A DNA stretch of 58,045 nt, taken from positions 1-58,045 of IMG/VR virus record IMGVR_UViG_3300048839_001287; one strand, given 5' to 3'. Shown piece by piece: positions 7,183 through 16,637 of the stretch. The DNA comes from a virus. Lineage: Duplodnaviria > Caudoviricetes. The notes under the pieces are model-generated. The model was given only the letters and a program-made list of their open reading frames with translations. It searched no databases and had not been told where the DNA came from. Position numbers and translations under genes: made by a program. Within the stretch, counting starts at the first letter, position 1, and every line of letters starts with the position of its first letter.

Positions 7183-7595
7183 ACGTAGTTCTTGACAAAA
7201 AGGTTCCTAGACTTATCGCAGTCTATGGAACATTGAGAAAGGGGTGGGGAAACCATCGATTGATAGCCGACGCGGAATTTGTAGGAAAGGGGAAAACCAA
7301 GGAAGACCTGGTGCTTACCCAATCTGGAATTCCCTATGTCTCAAGACAAAAGGTTGGAAATCCGGATTACCCAGCCAGCAAAGTAACAGTGGAAATCTAC
7401 CGCGTCACCGACCCATGGATGATGAATTCACTGGATAGTCTTGAAGGGCATCCAGAGTGGTATTTTCGCAGCCCCGTTGAAGTTGAGTTGGAAGATGGCA
7501 ATGAACTCGTAGCAGAGATTTATCTGAACGAGCGCTCTGTCGGTAGACCAAACGCATCCGGCGACTTCGGAAAACCCATCTTCAGTGAAGAGTAG
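7179..7595 (+). CDS. Gamma-glutamylcyclotransferase (GGCT/AIG2-like)
   Basis: IAVYGTLRKGWGNH...VEIYRV...LDSLEGHPEWYFR. Confidence 0.9.
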   Translation: MNVVLDKKVPRLIAVYGTLRKGWGNHRLIADAEFVGKGKTKEDLVLTQSGIPYVSRQKVGNPDYPASKVTVEIYRVTDPWMMNSLDSLEGHPEWYFRSPVEVELEDGNELVAEIYLNERSVGRPNASGDFGKPIFSEE

Positions 7596-8661
7596 AGAAG
7601 AGATCCAAACAAAGGCCCTGTCTAAATGGTTATCCATTAGGCGGGGTCTTATTGTTTTGCCAACCGGAACAGGAAAATCAAAGGTTGCGATTGATGCTAT
7701 AAAGGCAATAAATCCAAAAAATATTTTGATTGTTGTTCCAACTACAAAGCTAAGAGATATCTCTTGGCCAGCAGAATTAAAGAAATGGGGAATAAGAAGA
7801 AAAATCAAAATTGTATGTTATGTATCTTTACCTAAAATAGTCAATGAAAAATTTGATTTGATTATATTAGATGAAGCGCATAGAATTACTGAAAGAAATA
7901 AAGAATTCTTCAAAAACAATAAATACAAATACTTAATGGGATTAACAGCAACGAATCCCAGAGATAAGTACGACCTTATCAAAGATATTTGTCCCGTTAT
8001 TCATCAAATTGATTTAGATGATGCTATTAAAGCTAATGCAGTATCAGATTATGAAATAAATATTATCTATATTAATCTTGATGCTAAAGATAAGTACATA
8101 GAAGCTGGAAACAAAAAAGCCAGATTTATGACCACAGAAAAAGGTCATTATGATTATCTTACCAAGACTATGAACAAGATTCGTTTCATGCGTAAAGATG
8201 TACCAGAATTTATGTACATGCAGCGTATGAGGTTCATATATAATTTGCGATCGAAAACAACGTACGCAAAAAAGTTTATAGAAGAATTGGACTATAATAG
8301 GTTATTAGTTTTTTGTGGCTCAATTGATCAAGCAAACTATATAACTGATAAAGTTTATCACAGTCAATCAGACGATGTTAATTTGAAGAAATTTATTCAA
8401 GGAGACATCAATATATTGGCATCCGTAAAAGCTTTAAATGAAGGAATGAACATTCCTAATGTAGACACTGCTTTTATTGTACAGCTTAACTCTAAAGAGT
8501 TGGATTTAGTACAAAGAATAGGCCGTGTATTAAGAACAGATAAGGATCAAATAGCCAAGATATATATTTTGGTTGCACTTGATACACAAGATGAGGTTTG
8601 GGCAAATAAAGCAACTGCTTATTTCGACCAAACAAAAATAACTAAAATATATGGAGGATAG
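7585..8661 (+). CDS. Superfamily 2 (DEAH) helicase
   Basis: LPTGTGKS, ILDEAH, GLTAT, LNEGMNIP, QRIGRVLR. Confidence 0.93.
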   Translation: MKSREEIQTKALSKWLSIRRGLIVLPTGTGKSKVAIDAIKAINPKNILIVVPTTKLRDISWPAELKKWGIRRKIKIVCYVSLPKIVNEKFDLIILDEAHRITERNKEFFKNNKYKYLMGLTATNPRDKYDLIKDICPVIHQIDLDDAIKANAVSDYEINIIYINLDAKDKYIEAGNKKARFMTTEKGHYDYLTKTMNKIRFMRKDVPEFMYMQRMRFIYNLRSKTTYAKKFIEELDYNRLLVFCGSIDQANYITDKVYHSQSDDVNLKKFIQGDINILASVKALNEGMNIPNVDTAFIVQLNSKELDLVQRIGRVLRTDKDQIAKIYILVALDTQDEVWANKATAYFDQTKITKIYGG

Positions 8662-8893
8662 AGAAGACCTTTCTAAAGCATGTATGGACATTGTCAGGAC
8701 TTTTAAAAGAGTCCATGATGATTATCTGGGAAACGCTTTATGTGGAAGAATTGTTTTATTAGATAGACCGACAAGCCGATCCTACAGGATATTTAATATG
8801 CCCAAAGAAAGATTTGATGTTGTGTCTATATTCCCCGGAAAGGGAATAGCGATCATAAATCCGGTAATTGATTATCACGATGAAGAAAACTGA
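8651..8893 (+). CDS. Hypothetical protein
   Basis: Packed ORF. Confidence 0.55.
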   Translation: MEDREDLSKACMDIVRTFKRVHDDYLGNALCGRIVLLDRPTSRSYRIFNMPKERFDVVSIFPGKGIAIINPVIDYHDEEN

Positions 8894-9140
8894 AGAAGTA
8901 TTACAGGCAATCGCTATATTAGAGGAGGATTGCCGATATGTGCCAGAGATATGTTTTATAATCTCAACAATTACTCATTTCTATTTTATTGACAGGGAAG
9001 GCTTTTTTGGTCATTCAATGGATAAATATACAAAACAGATTGAAATGTTATGTGATTATAAAGAAATTGAATGGCTATTAAACAGATATGTACCAAGCCA
9101 TGACAGAGAACTTTTGCAAGGACTTGTGCCAGTTGACTGA
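8868..9140 (+). CDS. Hypothetical protein
   Basis: Packed ORF. Confidence 0.5.
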   Translation: MIITMKKTEEVLQAIAILEEDCRYVPEICFIISTITHFYFIDREGFFGHSMDKYTKQIEMLCDYKEIEWLLNRYVPSHDRELLQGLVPVD

Positions 9141-9576
9141 AAAAACTGGCATTGTTCAACAAATGATAAGACGAGGGCTTGTCTTTATAGATGACCAAGG
9201 GGAATATAAAATTTCTGCTAAAGGTTATGAAATATTAGGCAAGCCCTCTGCACTTGAGGATTTACCAGCTTTTATTGAAAAATATAGAAGCTTATTTCCG
9301 AAAGCAGTAAGAAGTGGAGGTTATTTAGTTAAAGGATCAAAATCTGGGTGTGTTAGAAAAATGAGAAAGTTCATTGAAACTCATCCAGACTATAACAGAG
9401 ATTTAATTATAGCCGCCACTCAAAATTACATAAATAGAAAACAAAGGGAAAATTGGCAATTTATGTCGTTATCCCACAACTTTATTGAAAAAGACGGGAC
9501 CAGTCAATTAGAAGCAGAATGTGAAAACTTATTGGCCGGAATAGATACGTCTGATGATTTTACAAAAGACGCATGA
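9088..9576 (+). CDS. Hypothetical replication-associated protein (possible initiator/helicase loader)
   Basis: Winged-helix-like start (RRGLVFIDDQGEYKISAKG) and helical C-domain, two genes upstream of the DnaB-like helicase; function inferred from context only. Confidence 0.5.
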   Translation: MYQAMTENFCKDLCQLTEKTGIVQQMIRRGLVFIDDQGEYKISAKGYEILGKPSALEDLPAFIEKYRSLFPKAVRSGGYLVKGSKSGCVRKMRKFIETHPDYNRDLIIAATQNYINRKQRENWQFMSLSHNFIEKDGTSQLEAECENLLAGIDTSDDFTKDA

Positions 9577-9896
9577 CAGAAATAGAAAACATTTTAAATG
9601 GAATTCCATATAATTTTTTAGTGGAAAATCCAGACAAACAATATGAAGATATTAAACTAATCCGGATCTTACAGGAAAAAGTCTATGATGGAATTGTACA
9701 TAAGGAAGCAATTCTTATGCACAAAGAGCGAGACCAGTTTCTTAGGTGTGTATGGGCTTTAGACTTTGTACATAACAAAGTGCTATTTGAAGAAATTAAC
9801 AAAATAGACGCAAAAGATGTCGTTTTGTTAATTCTAAAAAGCTTAAACATAAATGACACCATTACCACTATCGAACGCCATAAAGAAGATTCTTGA
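9573..9896 (+). CDS. Hypothetical protein
   Basis: ATGA-coupled ORF. Confidence 0.55.
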   Translation: MTEIENILNGIPYNFLVENPDKQYEDIKLIRILQEKVYDGIVHKEAILMHKERDQFLRCVWALDFVHNKVLFEEINKIDAKDVVLLILKSLNINDTITTIERHKEDS

Positions 9897-10833
9897 GAAT
9901 AAAGGGAGAGCAGATAAAGGATTATCCAACACATTAAATTGGAATTTTCCTTCCTTTGAGAAATATCTTCCTGGTATTGAGAGAGAAAAATTTTACTGCA
10001 TAACTGCAAACACTAGCGTTGGTAAATCTAAGCTGGCTAAATTTATGTTTATCTTCTCCCCATTTGAAAGGTGGAGAAAGCATAGAAACGAAAAGGTAAA
10101 TATATTGTATTACAGTTTAGAAGAATCCAAAACTTACTTCATTCTAAATGCAATATCATTTTATCTTTTTGTGGTTCACGGAGTAAAGAAATCTAGTAAA
10201 GAACTTCTGTCTCTTACATCACCCTTAGATGATAGGATTATTGATTTAATAAAAGACATTAGTCCAATTATAGAGGAGCTTTTATCAGTAGTAACAGTTG
10301 TAGATGATCTTAGAAGACCATCAGAAATTTTTGATCATGCAACCAAGAATCTTATAGAGGATGAAAATGCCTACAACATCATTATTGTAGACCACCTTTC
10401 ATTATTGGATACTGATAGAGACACACCAACTGTTAGAGATGCAATGATAAAGTTTACTTCCAAGTATGCTTTATATCTTAGAGATAAGAAACAGTGTAGT
10501 ATTTGTGTTGTACAGCAACAGGCCGCAGAACAAGAAAGTCTTGACCATTTTATGGAAAAGAAACTTGAACCATCTTTAAATGGTTTAGGAGATGCAAAAG
10601 TATGTGGCAGAGATTACAATGTTGTTTTGGGATTATTTGCCCCAGCAAGACATAGTATTCCAAAATACAGGGGTTATGATGTTCTCAAATTAGGAGATTC
10701 TTATAGGTCTCTTATTATCTTAAAGGACAGAGAAGGTGAAGCAAATATATTTGATCACCTTTATTTTGATGGAAGAGTAAATTATTTTGCTGAACTTCCA
10801 AAAGCAAATGAATTGAATTATTCTATATTATAA
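9853..10833 (+). CDS. dnaB: DnaB-like replicative helicase
   Basis: Walker A ANTSVGKS, YYSLEE, Walker B IIIVDHL, VVQQQ, ILKDREG. Confidence 0.85.
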   Translation: MTPLPLSNAIKKILENKGRADKGLSNTLNWNFPSFEKYLPGIEREKFYCITANTSVGKSKLAKFMFIFSPFERWRKHRNEKVNILYYSLEESKTYFILNAISFYLFVVHGVKKSSKELLSLTSPLDDRIIDLIKDISPIIEELLSVVTVVDDLRRPSEIFDHATKNLIEDENAYNIIIVDHLSLLDTDRDTPTVRDAMIKFTSKYALYLRDKKQCSICVVQQQAAEQESLDHFMEKKLEPSLNGLGDAKVCGRDYNVVLGLFAPARHSIPKYRGYDVLKLGDSYRSLIILKDREGEANIFDHLYFDGRVNYFAELPKANELNYSIL

Positions 10834-10840
10834 ATAGAGA

Positions 10841-11605
10841 ATGAGTATTATATTACCAAAAACAAAAATTGCCGTAGAAGGCGATAATCCTAGGTCCATT
10901 TTATTGTATGGGCCAGAAAAGGTAGGGAAAACCGTCTTTGCATCAAGCTTAGAGGGGGCCTTACTTATTGATCTTGAAGACGGATCAGATTACGTAGAAG
11001 CCATGAAGCTTAAGGTTAATAACTTAAACGAATTACAACAAGTTGGTGGACAAATTCTTAAAGAAAATTGTCCTTACAAGTATGTTATTGTCGATAGTTT
11101 AACAGAGCTTGAATCCTGGCTTGAGTGGGAAGCCACTGAAGATTATATGAACAGTGTTATTGGTCGTTGGTTTAATCGTACAGTAGATAAAGACACATGG
11201 AGACCAACAAGACCAAAAGAAACACCGCCGACTCTCCCGAGAGAAGAGTGGAAAAGTGTTTTATCCCTTGGAGATGGTGCAGGATATCTTTGGCTTCGTA
11301 TAGCCTTTAAAAGATGGCATGCAAAAATTAAAAAACTTGCTCCACATATCATCTATATAGGTCATATGAGAGACAAGATTGAAAACAAAGAAGGGATAGA
11401 AGTCACATCAAAAGAACTTGATTTAACAGGCAAAGTAAGAAGAATTGCTTGTCAATCCGTTGATGCTATTGGCTATATGTTTAGAGACAAATCTGGTAAT
11501 CTTAAAATCAGTTTTGTAAATAACGAAGAGCTTGCATCCGGATCAAGAAACGAGCATCTGAAAGGCAAAATTATTGATGCTGACTGGAAAAATATCTTTG
11601 TATGA
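10841..11605 (+). CDS. AAA-domain ATPase (AAA_24/Sak4-like)
   Basis: LLYGPEKVGKT, LIDLEDG, VIVDSLT, IYIGH, VDAIGYM. Confidence 0.85.
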   Translation: MSIILPKTKIAVEGDNPRSILLYGPEKVGKTVFASSLEGALLIDLEDGSDYVEAMKLKVNNLNELQQVGGQILKENCPYKYVIVDSLTELESWLEWEATEDYMNSVIGRWFNRTVDKDTWRPTRPKETPPTLPREEWKSVLSLGDGAGYLWLRIAFKRWHAKIKKLAPHIIYIGHMRDKIENKEGIEVTSKELDLTGKVRRIACQSVDAIGYMFRDKSGNLKISFVNNEELASGSRNEHLKGKIIDADWKNIFV

Positions 11606-11883
11606 AAGAAGTAATCGCTTTACTAAGAGAGGCGATAAATATACTAGAAAGTGCTGAAGGTGGCCCAGTCTTGGGGTCTAAAAAGAAAAAGTCGTACAAT
11701 GCCAAATTTATTGTGCGAAAACAAACCGAAAAAGCTCTTTTAGTACAATTCTTAGAACCGGCTCCTACCGAAGAAGTATGGTTGCCAAAAAAAGTAGTAG
11801 ATAATTTAAAAGAAATTGAGGCGGAAATATACACAGCGTATTTACCTCAATGGCTTATTGACGAAAAAATAAATAACCGATAA
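11602..11883 (+). CDS. Hypothetical protein
   Basis: TEKALLV...VWLPK...LPQWL small beta-rich domain. Confidence 0.6.
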   Translation: MKEVIALLREAINILESAEGGPVLGSKKKKSYNAKFIVRKQTEKALLVQFLEPAPTEEVWLPKKVVDNLKEIEAEIYTAYLPQWLIDEKINNR

Positions 11884-11884
11884 T

Positions 11885-12451
11885 ATGAATAATTTTTCAT
11901 TCGATAATACAACCAAAGAATTTTTGAACCGCTCTTTTAAAGAGCCGGGTATTTACCACAATAACATTATTGCGGGTATTGAAGTCGGAAAACCAGAAGT
12001 AGGTTCTCCGTATATTGACATCAATATTGAGAACACAGAACATGGATATACCTTGAGAGAGCGTTATTTTGCTCCCGGAGATACCGTACCTTCTTGGACT
12101 ACTCCAGAGAAGGAAATCCAAAAACTGAAAGCAACTATTAAACATATTATGGCAAGATTTGTTCCTGCCGAAGAAATGCTCTTTGAGGCCTCCAGTTTTA
12201 TCGATATGTGTAATCAAGTCAAAGAAAGACTTGATAAGTATGCGGTAGAACCAAAAAAACGGTTCTCTATCAAAACTGTATATGACAGAAACTTCACGTA
12301 TATTGTGTTGGCTCCGTATCCGCCATTTATGGCAGCAGAAAACGACCAACCTCTCAAGTATTCTGAATCAGAAACAAAAAGAAACTTCCCTGATCTTGTA
12401 GAGGAAGATAATATGCAGCAACCGGAAATGGATGATGCGCCAAAATTTTAA
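11885..12451 (+). CDS. Putative single-stranded DNA-binding protein
   Basis: Beta-rich N-terminus (EPGIYH...PYIDINIEN), acidic tail ending MDDAPKF, located after a Sak4-like ATPase. Confidence 0.6.
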   Translation: MNNFSFDNTTKEFLNRSFKEPGIYHNNIIAGIEVGKPEVGSPYIDINIENTEHGYTLRERYFAPGDTVPSWTTPEKEIQKLKATIKHIMARFVPAEEMLFEASSFIDMCNQVKERLDKYAVEPKKRFSIKTVYDRNFTYIVLAPYPPFMAAENDQPLKYSESETKRNFPDLVEEDNMQQPEMDDAPKF

Positions 12452-12469
12452 TTAATTCACAAACAAATA

Positions 12470-12495
12470 GGGGGCTCCGGCCCCCTTTCTTATTT
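12470..12495 (+). terminator. Intrinsic terminator
   Basis: GGGGGC-TCCG-GCCCCC hairpin followed by TTTCTTATTT. Confidence 0.8.
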
Positions 12496-13416
12496 ATGCA
12501 AAAATCGAAAATATTTCAAGAGAAACAAAGAGGTTGGGGTGTTATCCAAAGAGGAGATTTTAATCCAAAAGCAAGCATTATTGTTCGTTCCACTTCTTTT
12601 GGGTGGGGATGTGCCCAAGAAGTTAGAGACGCGTCAATCGACTTCAGTCAAGAAGCCGAAACCGAACTCAAAAGAATGTGGATTTATTCCTATATCCCTA
12701 TTACTGGTAAAGAGATTCCGGAATTGGTTACTCAATGGATTGGCCTGTTAAACGACGAAATGAAAAAAGTGCAAGTAGAAAATGCCCCATCTTTTTTTGA
12801 GATTCTCGGCGTTTTTACTGCTGATCAGTTGTATAGCCATGAAGGTTACGGCTACCAAAAAGAGCTCGATAATTGGGTAGTCGTAAAGCAACTGATTCCA
12901 AAACGTTCCGAGCTGAAGCCTGAAATAAAATGGGCTAAATTCATGAACCTGGCCCTTTACACACTGGTGCGCTATCTGTACAGATCAGAATACATCCGAA
13001 CTCCACCTACGACAATCAAAATCTGGGAAAAAAATCCGGACTTGACATTTTTAGAGACAATGTGGTTGGCACAACAAACAACCATTGGAATGAAAATCAA
13101 CAGCACATTTTCAATCCATACGTATGATTCTTTGCCAAAAGAATCTATAGAAAAAGTTTTACAAGATTTGACAACAGGTTCAATCTTGCTGGCTTTTGGG
13201 AATAAGTTTTACGATACAAGGTTAATTTCTCAGCCCTTAGTCAACCGGATGGCATCAAATAGTGGAAGATATCCGAATAATGACCTCATGGCTTACGCAA
13301 TGTGTCTGTTGGACAAAGAATTTGCGGAGAGAAAAAATGATTACGAAATCATGAAAGAAGCAATTACAGAAAGAAAATTTCCTGTACTGCTTGAACTGTT
13401 AAAAAAATACAAATGA
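12496..13416 (+). CDS. Hypothetical protein heading the first amidoligase block
   Basis: 306-aa ORF, ATGA-coupled to the class I amidotransferase; no motif recognised. Confidence 0.7.
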   Translation: MQKSKIFQEKQRGWGVIQRGDFNPKASIIVRSTSFGWGCAQEVRDASIDFSQEAETELKRMWIYSYIPITGKEIPELVTQWIGLLNDEMKKVQVENAPSFFEILGVFTADQLYSHEGYGYQKELDNWVVVKQLIPKRSELKPEIKWAKFMNLALYTLVRYLYRSEYIRTPPTTIKIWEKNPDLTFLETMWLAQQTTIGMKINSTFSIHTYDSLPKESIEKVLQDLTTGSILLAFGNKFYDTRLISQPLVNRMASNSGRYPNNDLMAYAMCLLDKEFAERKNDYEIMKEAITERKFPVLLELLKKYK

Positions 13417-14108
13417 GAAGAAAAAAGCTGGTCGGCATCCCACCGACATTAAACAACAATTTGGGAGTATCTCGGGAGTATCATGAATTTTTCAGTTATT
13501 TTGGCAATGTTATTATATTGCCCACGAGCAAAGAACTCATAGATATTGATCTTCTCGTACTCCCGGGAGGTGCCGATGTTTGCCCCAGCCGTTACTCAGT
13601 TGATCGGTTTTTCTCTTATGGAGGAAATCCAAACAGATTTTATGAGTGGTTTGATACGCAGGTACTCCCTGGTTACATTCAAAGAGCAATAAACAGGGAA
13701 ATGGGAATTTTTGGTATTTGCCGAGGACTGCAAACCCTCAATGTCGCTCTTGGAGGAACTCTTTACCAACATCTGTTGGACGAAGTGTATAATCCAGAGT
13801 TAGACAGAAGCAAATTGACACAAACCGGAATTGTGCTGGATACAGCAAAGGACGTATGGAACGGGCCGAGAGAAATCAAATTTAATTCAATGCACCATCA
13901 GGCTATCCGCCAATTGGGTGATGGATTAGTTCCGACTATTCTCTCAAAAAACCCGGTTACTGCAACAGAGCACTATGAACCCTTCAAAGTCATTGAAGGA
14001 ATCAGACACAAGACAGGGAAAATCTGGGGGGTACAATACCATCCAGAAGAAATCTACGACGCATTTTCCAACAAAATAATTAATCATATTCTTTATGAAA
14101 AACTTTAA
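13413..14108 (+). CDS. Class I glutamine amidotransferase / peptidase C26 (PuuD-like gamma-glutamyl hydrolase)
   Basis: LVLPGGADV, GICRGLQ (nucleophile Cys), NSMHHQ, GVQYHPE. Confidence 0.92.
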   Translation: MRRKKLVGIPPTLNNNLGVSREYHEFFSYFGNVIILPTSKELIDIDLLVLPGGADVCPSRYSVDRFFSYGGNPNRFYEWFDTQVLPGYIQRAINREMGIFGICRGLQTLNVALGGTLYQHLLDEVYNPELDRSKLTQTGIVLDTAKDVWNGPREIKFNSMHHQAIRQLGDGLVPTILSKNPVTATEHYEPFKVIEGIRHKTGKIWGVQYHPEEIYDAFSNKIINHILYEKL

Positions 14109-14967
14109 TGAAGTCACAGTTGGCTCCGATGTCGAAGTGTTTCTCACAACAAACGGCTTACCAATTTCAGCGGTTGGCCTTATTGATGGAGGAAAAGAGA
14201 ATCCGGTAGAATTTTTACCGGGGTTCGGTCTCCAACGCGACAATGTGATGGCCGAATACAACATTCCGGCTTTCCCGATTGAAGAGAGGCACCTTTGGCC
14301 CGAGTACCACAAAACTGCTCTGGAACACATCAAAACAATAGTCCCGCCATTCCTGCAAGTAACTGTTCGCCCTAGCCTGGAATTCCCGGAAGAAGCTCTT
14401 CAGGACCCAGAGTCGTGCGAATTCGGCTGCTCGCCCTTCGTGGACATCTGGAAACAAAACCCAGGAATGGTGACACAAGAAACAATTGTTGCCGGAGACG
14501 TTGGTAACCTTCGCTTTTGCGGGGGGCATATCCATTTCGGATGGCAAGGAGCTTCCATCGGCTGGGATAAACCCAGCGAAAAAGTTACCGACGAAGAAGA
14601 AATTTTAAAAAAACTTTTCTGGGCCAGCTTATGCGACATTTTCCTCTGGATTCCTTCACACTTCGAGGACACCGATGATATCCGCCGTCAATACTACGGC
14701 AAACCCGGGAAAGTCCGGTACAAAGAGTACGGTGTTGAGTATCGTTCTTTGAGCAACTACTTCGTTGCTTCAGAAGAACTGCTCAACAAAGTCATGCAAC
14801 GCATTCAGGCAATGCATGATTATGCAAATACCGTACACCCGAGCGATTGGGCCGCCCACTTCGAAGAAAACCGGAAAATGATTGAAATGTTTGTAGCAGC
14901 AAAAGACAAAAAAGCTGCTGCCGAACAGTGCAATCTGGCTTGCCGGTTTAATCTGCAAATCGCCTAA
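14095..14967 (+). CDS. phiEco32-like COOH-NH2 ligase type 2
   Basis: VGSDVEVFL, GGKENP, QRDNVMAEYN, FGC, RFCGGHIHFG, RRQYYGKPG, YGVEYRSLSN. Confidence 0.88.
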   Translation: MKNFNEVTVGSDVEVFLTTNGLPISAVGLIDGGKENPVEFLPGFGLQRDNVMAEYNIPAFPIEERHLWPEYHKTALEHIKTIVPPFLQVTVRPSLEFPEEALQDPESCEFGCSPFVDIWKQNPGMVTQETIVAGDVGNLRFCGGHIHFGWQGASIGWDKPSEKVTDEEEILKKLFWASLCDIFLWIPSHFEDTDDIRRQYYGKPGKVRYKEYGVEYRSLSNYFVASEELLNKVMQRIQAMHDYANTVHPSDWAAHFEENRKMIEMFVAAKDKKAAAEQCNLACRFNLQIA

Positions 14968-14971
14968 AAAA

Positions 14972-16012
14972 ATGGACTACAGCATCAGAGAAGATTTAAA
15001 CTTCTCAAGTATTCGACAAACAATTTCTGATGAAGAAATCTATGCTGGATATATAGGTGCTCCCATCCAACTAGACACAAAGTACTGTTCTGTCTTTCGT
15101 TCAAATGATATGATTCCTTCATTATCCTTTTATGTGACTCCGAATCACTGGGTAATGCATAAAGATTTTGGACGAAACGACAGAGCAGGAAATGTATTTG
15201 ATTTTGTACGAAAGCTGTATCAATTAGAAAATAATTGGCAAGCAGCAGTACAAATAAATAAGGATTTTGGTTTAGGTTTATTGAATAATACAAAAACCTC
15301 TCCAAAACCTTCTGTTCCTATAAAGAGGATGGAGAGCAAAAAATTACAAAATATTGAAAAGATATTAAGGTATAAACCAAGACCTTTTTTTGAAAGAGAT
15401 TTATTTTATTGGAGTAAATTCAACGTAGACTTGAATATACTTAAACATTTCAATGTGCATACAGCGGACATTGTTTTTATTAACAATGTTCCTATATGGG
15501 TCTACGAAATAACAAACCCTATATATGTGTACACTTTTACTGATAAATTTAAATTTTATCGACCACTTACTAAAAATAAGGACGGTAAATTTTTATCCAG
15601 TAAAAATATTGGAGAAGTATATGCTGGTTATGAACAACTTCCCAGAAATGGAGAAGAACTTATCATCACCAAAGCTATGAAAGATGTTATGGTTCTTTAT
15701 AGTTTAGGAATTAATGCTATTGCTCCTAACGGAGAAACATACGCATTTGATCCATTAATAATAAAGAATTTAGAACAGCGGTTCAAAAAAATTTTTATAA
15801 TGTTGGATAATGATTGGCATAAGCCAGTAGAAGATAATACTGGAATTAATGCCATGAAAAAGTTTACTGAAAAATATCCAACAATATTACCATTAATTAT
15901 TCCAGACCAATTAAAATGTACAGATATAGCAGAGGTCATGGATGAATATGGTGTTTCATTTACAAAACAAGTACTAAATCATGTTAGAAAAAATTCAAGG
16001 AAATTTTCATAA
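14972..16012 (+). CDS. dnaG: DNA primase (Toprim, crAss type)
   Basis: N-terminal CSVFR..D..PS...KDFG...GNVFDFV; Toprim IITKAMKDVM...IMLDND...TDIAE. Confidence 0.85.
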   Translation: MDYSIREDLNFSSIRQTISDEEIYAGYIGAPIQLDTKYCSVFRSNDMIPSLSFYVTPNHWVMHKDFGRNDRAGNVFDFVRKLYQLENNWQAAVQINKDFGLGLLNNTKTSPKPSVPIKRMESKKLQNIEKILRYKPRPFFERDLFYWSKFNVDLNILKHFNVHTADIVFINNVPIWVYEITNPIYVYTFTDKFKFYRPLTKNKDGKFLSSKNIGEVYAGYEQLPRNGEELIITKAMKDVMVLYSLGINAIAPNGETYAFDPLIIKNLEQRFKKIFIMLDNDWHKPVEDNTGINAMKKFTEKYPTILPLIIPDQLKCTDIAEVMDEYGVSFTKQVLNHVRKNSRKFS

Positions 16013-16637
16013 AATTATCGAAGCTTTTCAACAAACAGAGGACTGGAAAAAGTTAAAAGATTTTATTGGCAAAAACAATATTTTGCCGACAAAAGATAAA
16101 ATTTTTTATGCTTTTGAATTGTGTCCTATGGAAAAAATAAATGTGGTAGTTATAGGGCAAGATCCTTATCATACTCCAGGAGCAGCCCACGGATTGGCTT
16201 TTTCTGTCCCACAAGAATATTCTCAAGTGCCGCCGTCCCTTTTAAACATCAAAAAAGAAATTGCCGATGATATCTATGGAACAAAAGATGTAGATATCAT
16301 AAATAATGATTTATCATATCTTGCTGCCCAAGGGGTTTTACTTTTAAATACATCCTTAACTACTATTCCTGGTGTTGCTGGTGCGCACAAGAAGGAGTGG
16401 GAAAATTTTACAGCACATGTAATGAAACATTTGGGGCAACTTGAAAATGTTGTCTTTATGTTGTGGGGAAAACACGCACAAGAGTTAGAAGGTTTTATTA
16501 ACCATAAAACCAACCTGGTTCTTCGTGCTGCTCATCCATCTCCTTTTTCTGCAAACAAAGGGTTTTTGGGTTGTAAACATTTCTCTAAGGCAAACGAGTA
16601 CTTAAAAACAAAAAATAAACCAGAAATCGTATGGTAA
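15981..16637 (+). CDS. ung: Uracil-DNA glycosylase, family 1
   Basis: GQDPYH, HGLAFS, VPPSL, GVLLLN, LWG, HPSP. Confidence 0.97.
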   Translation: MLEKIQGNFHKIIEAFQQTEDWKKLKDFIGKNNILPTKDKIFYAFELCPMEKINVVVIGQDPYHTPGAAHGLAFSVPQEYSQVPPSLLNIKKEIADDIYGTKDVDIINNDLSYLAAQGVLLLNTSLTTIPGVAGAHKKEWENFTAHVMKHLGQLENVVFMLWGKHAQELEGFINHKTNLVLRAAHPSPFSANKGFLGCKHFSKANEYLKTKNKPEIVW

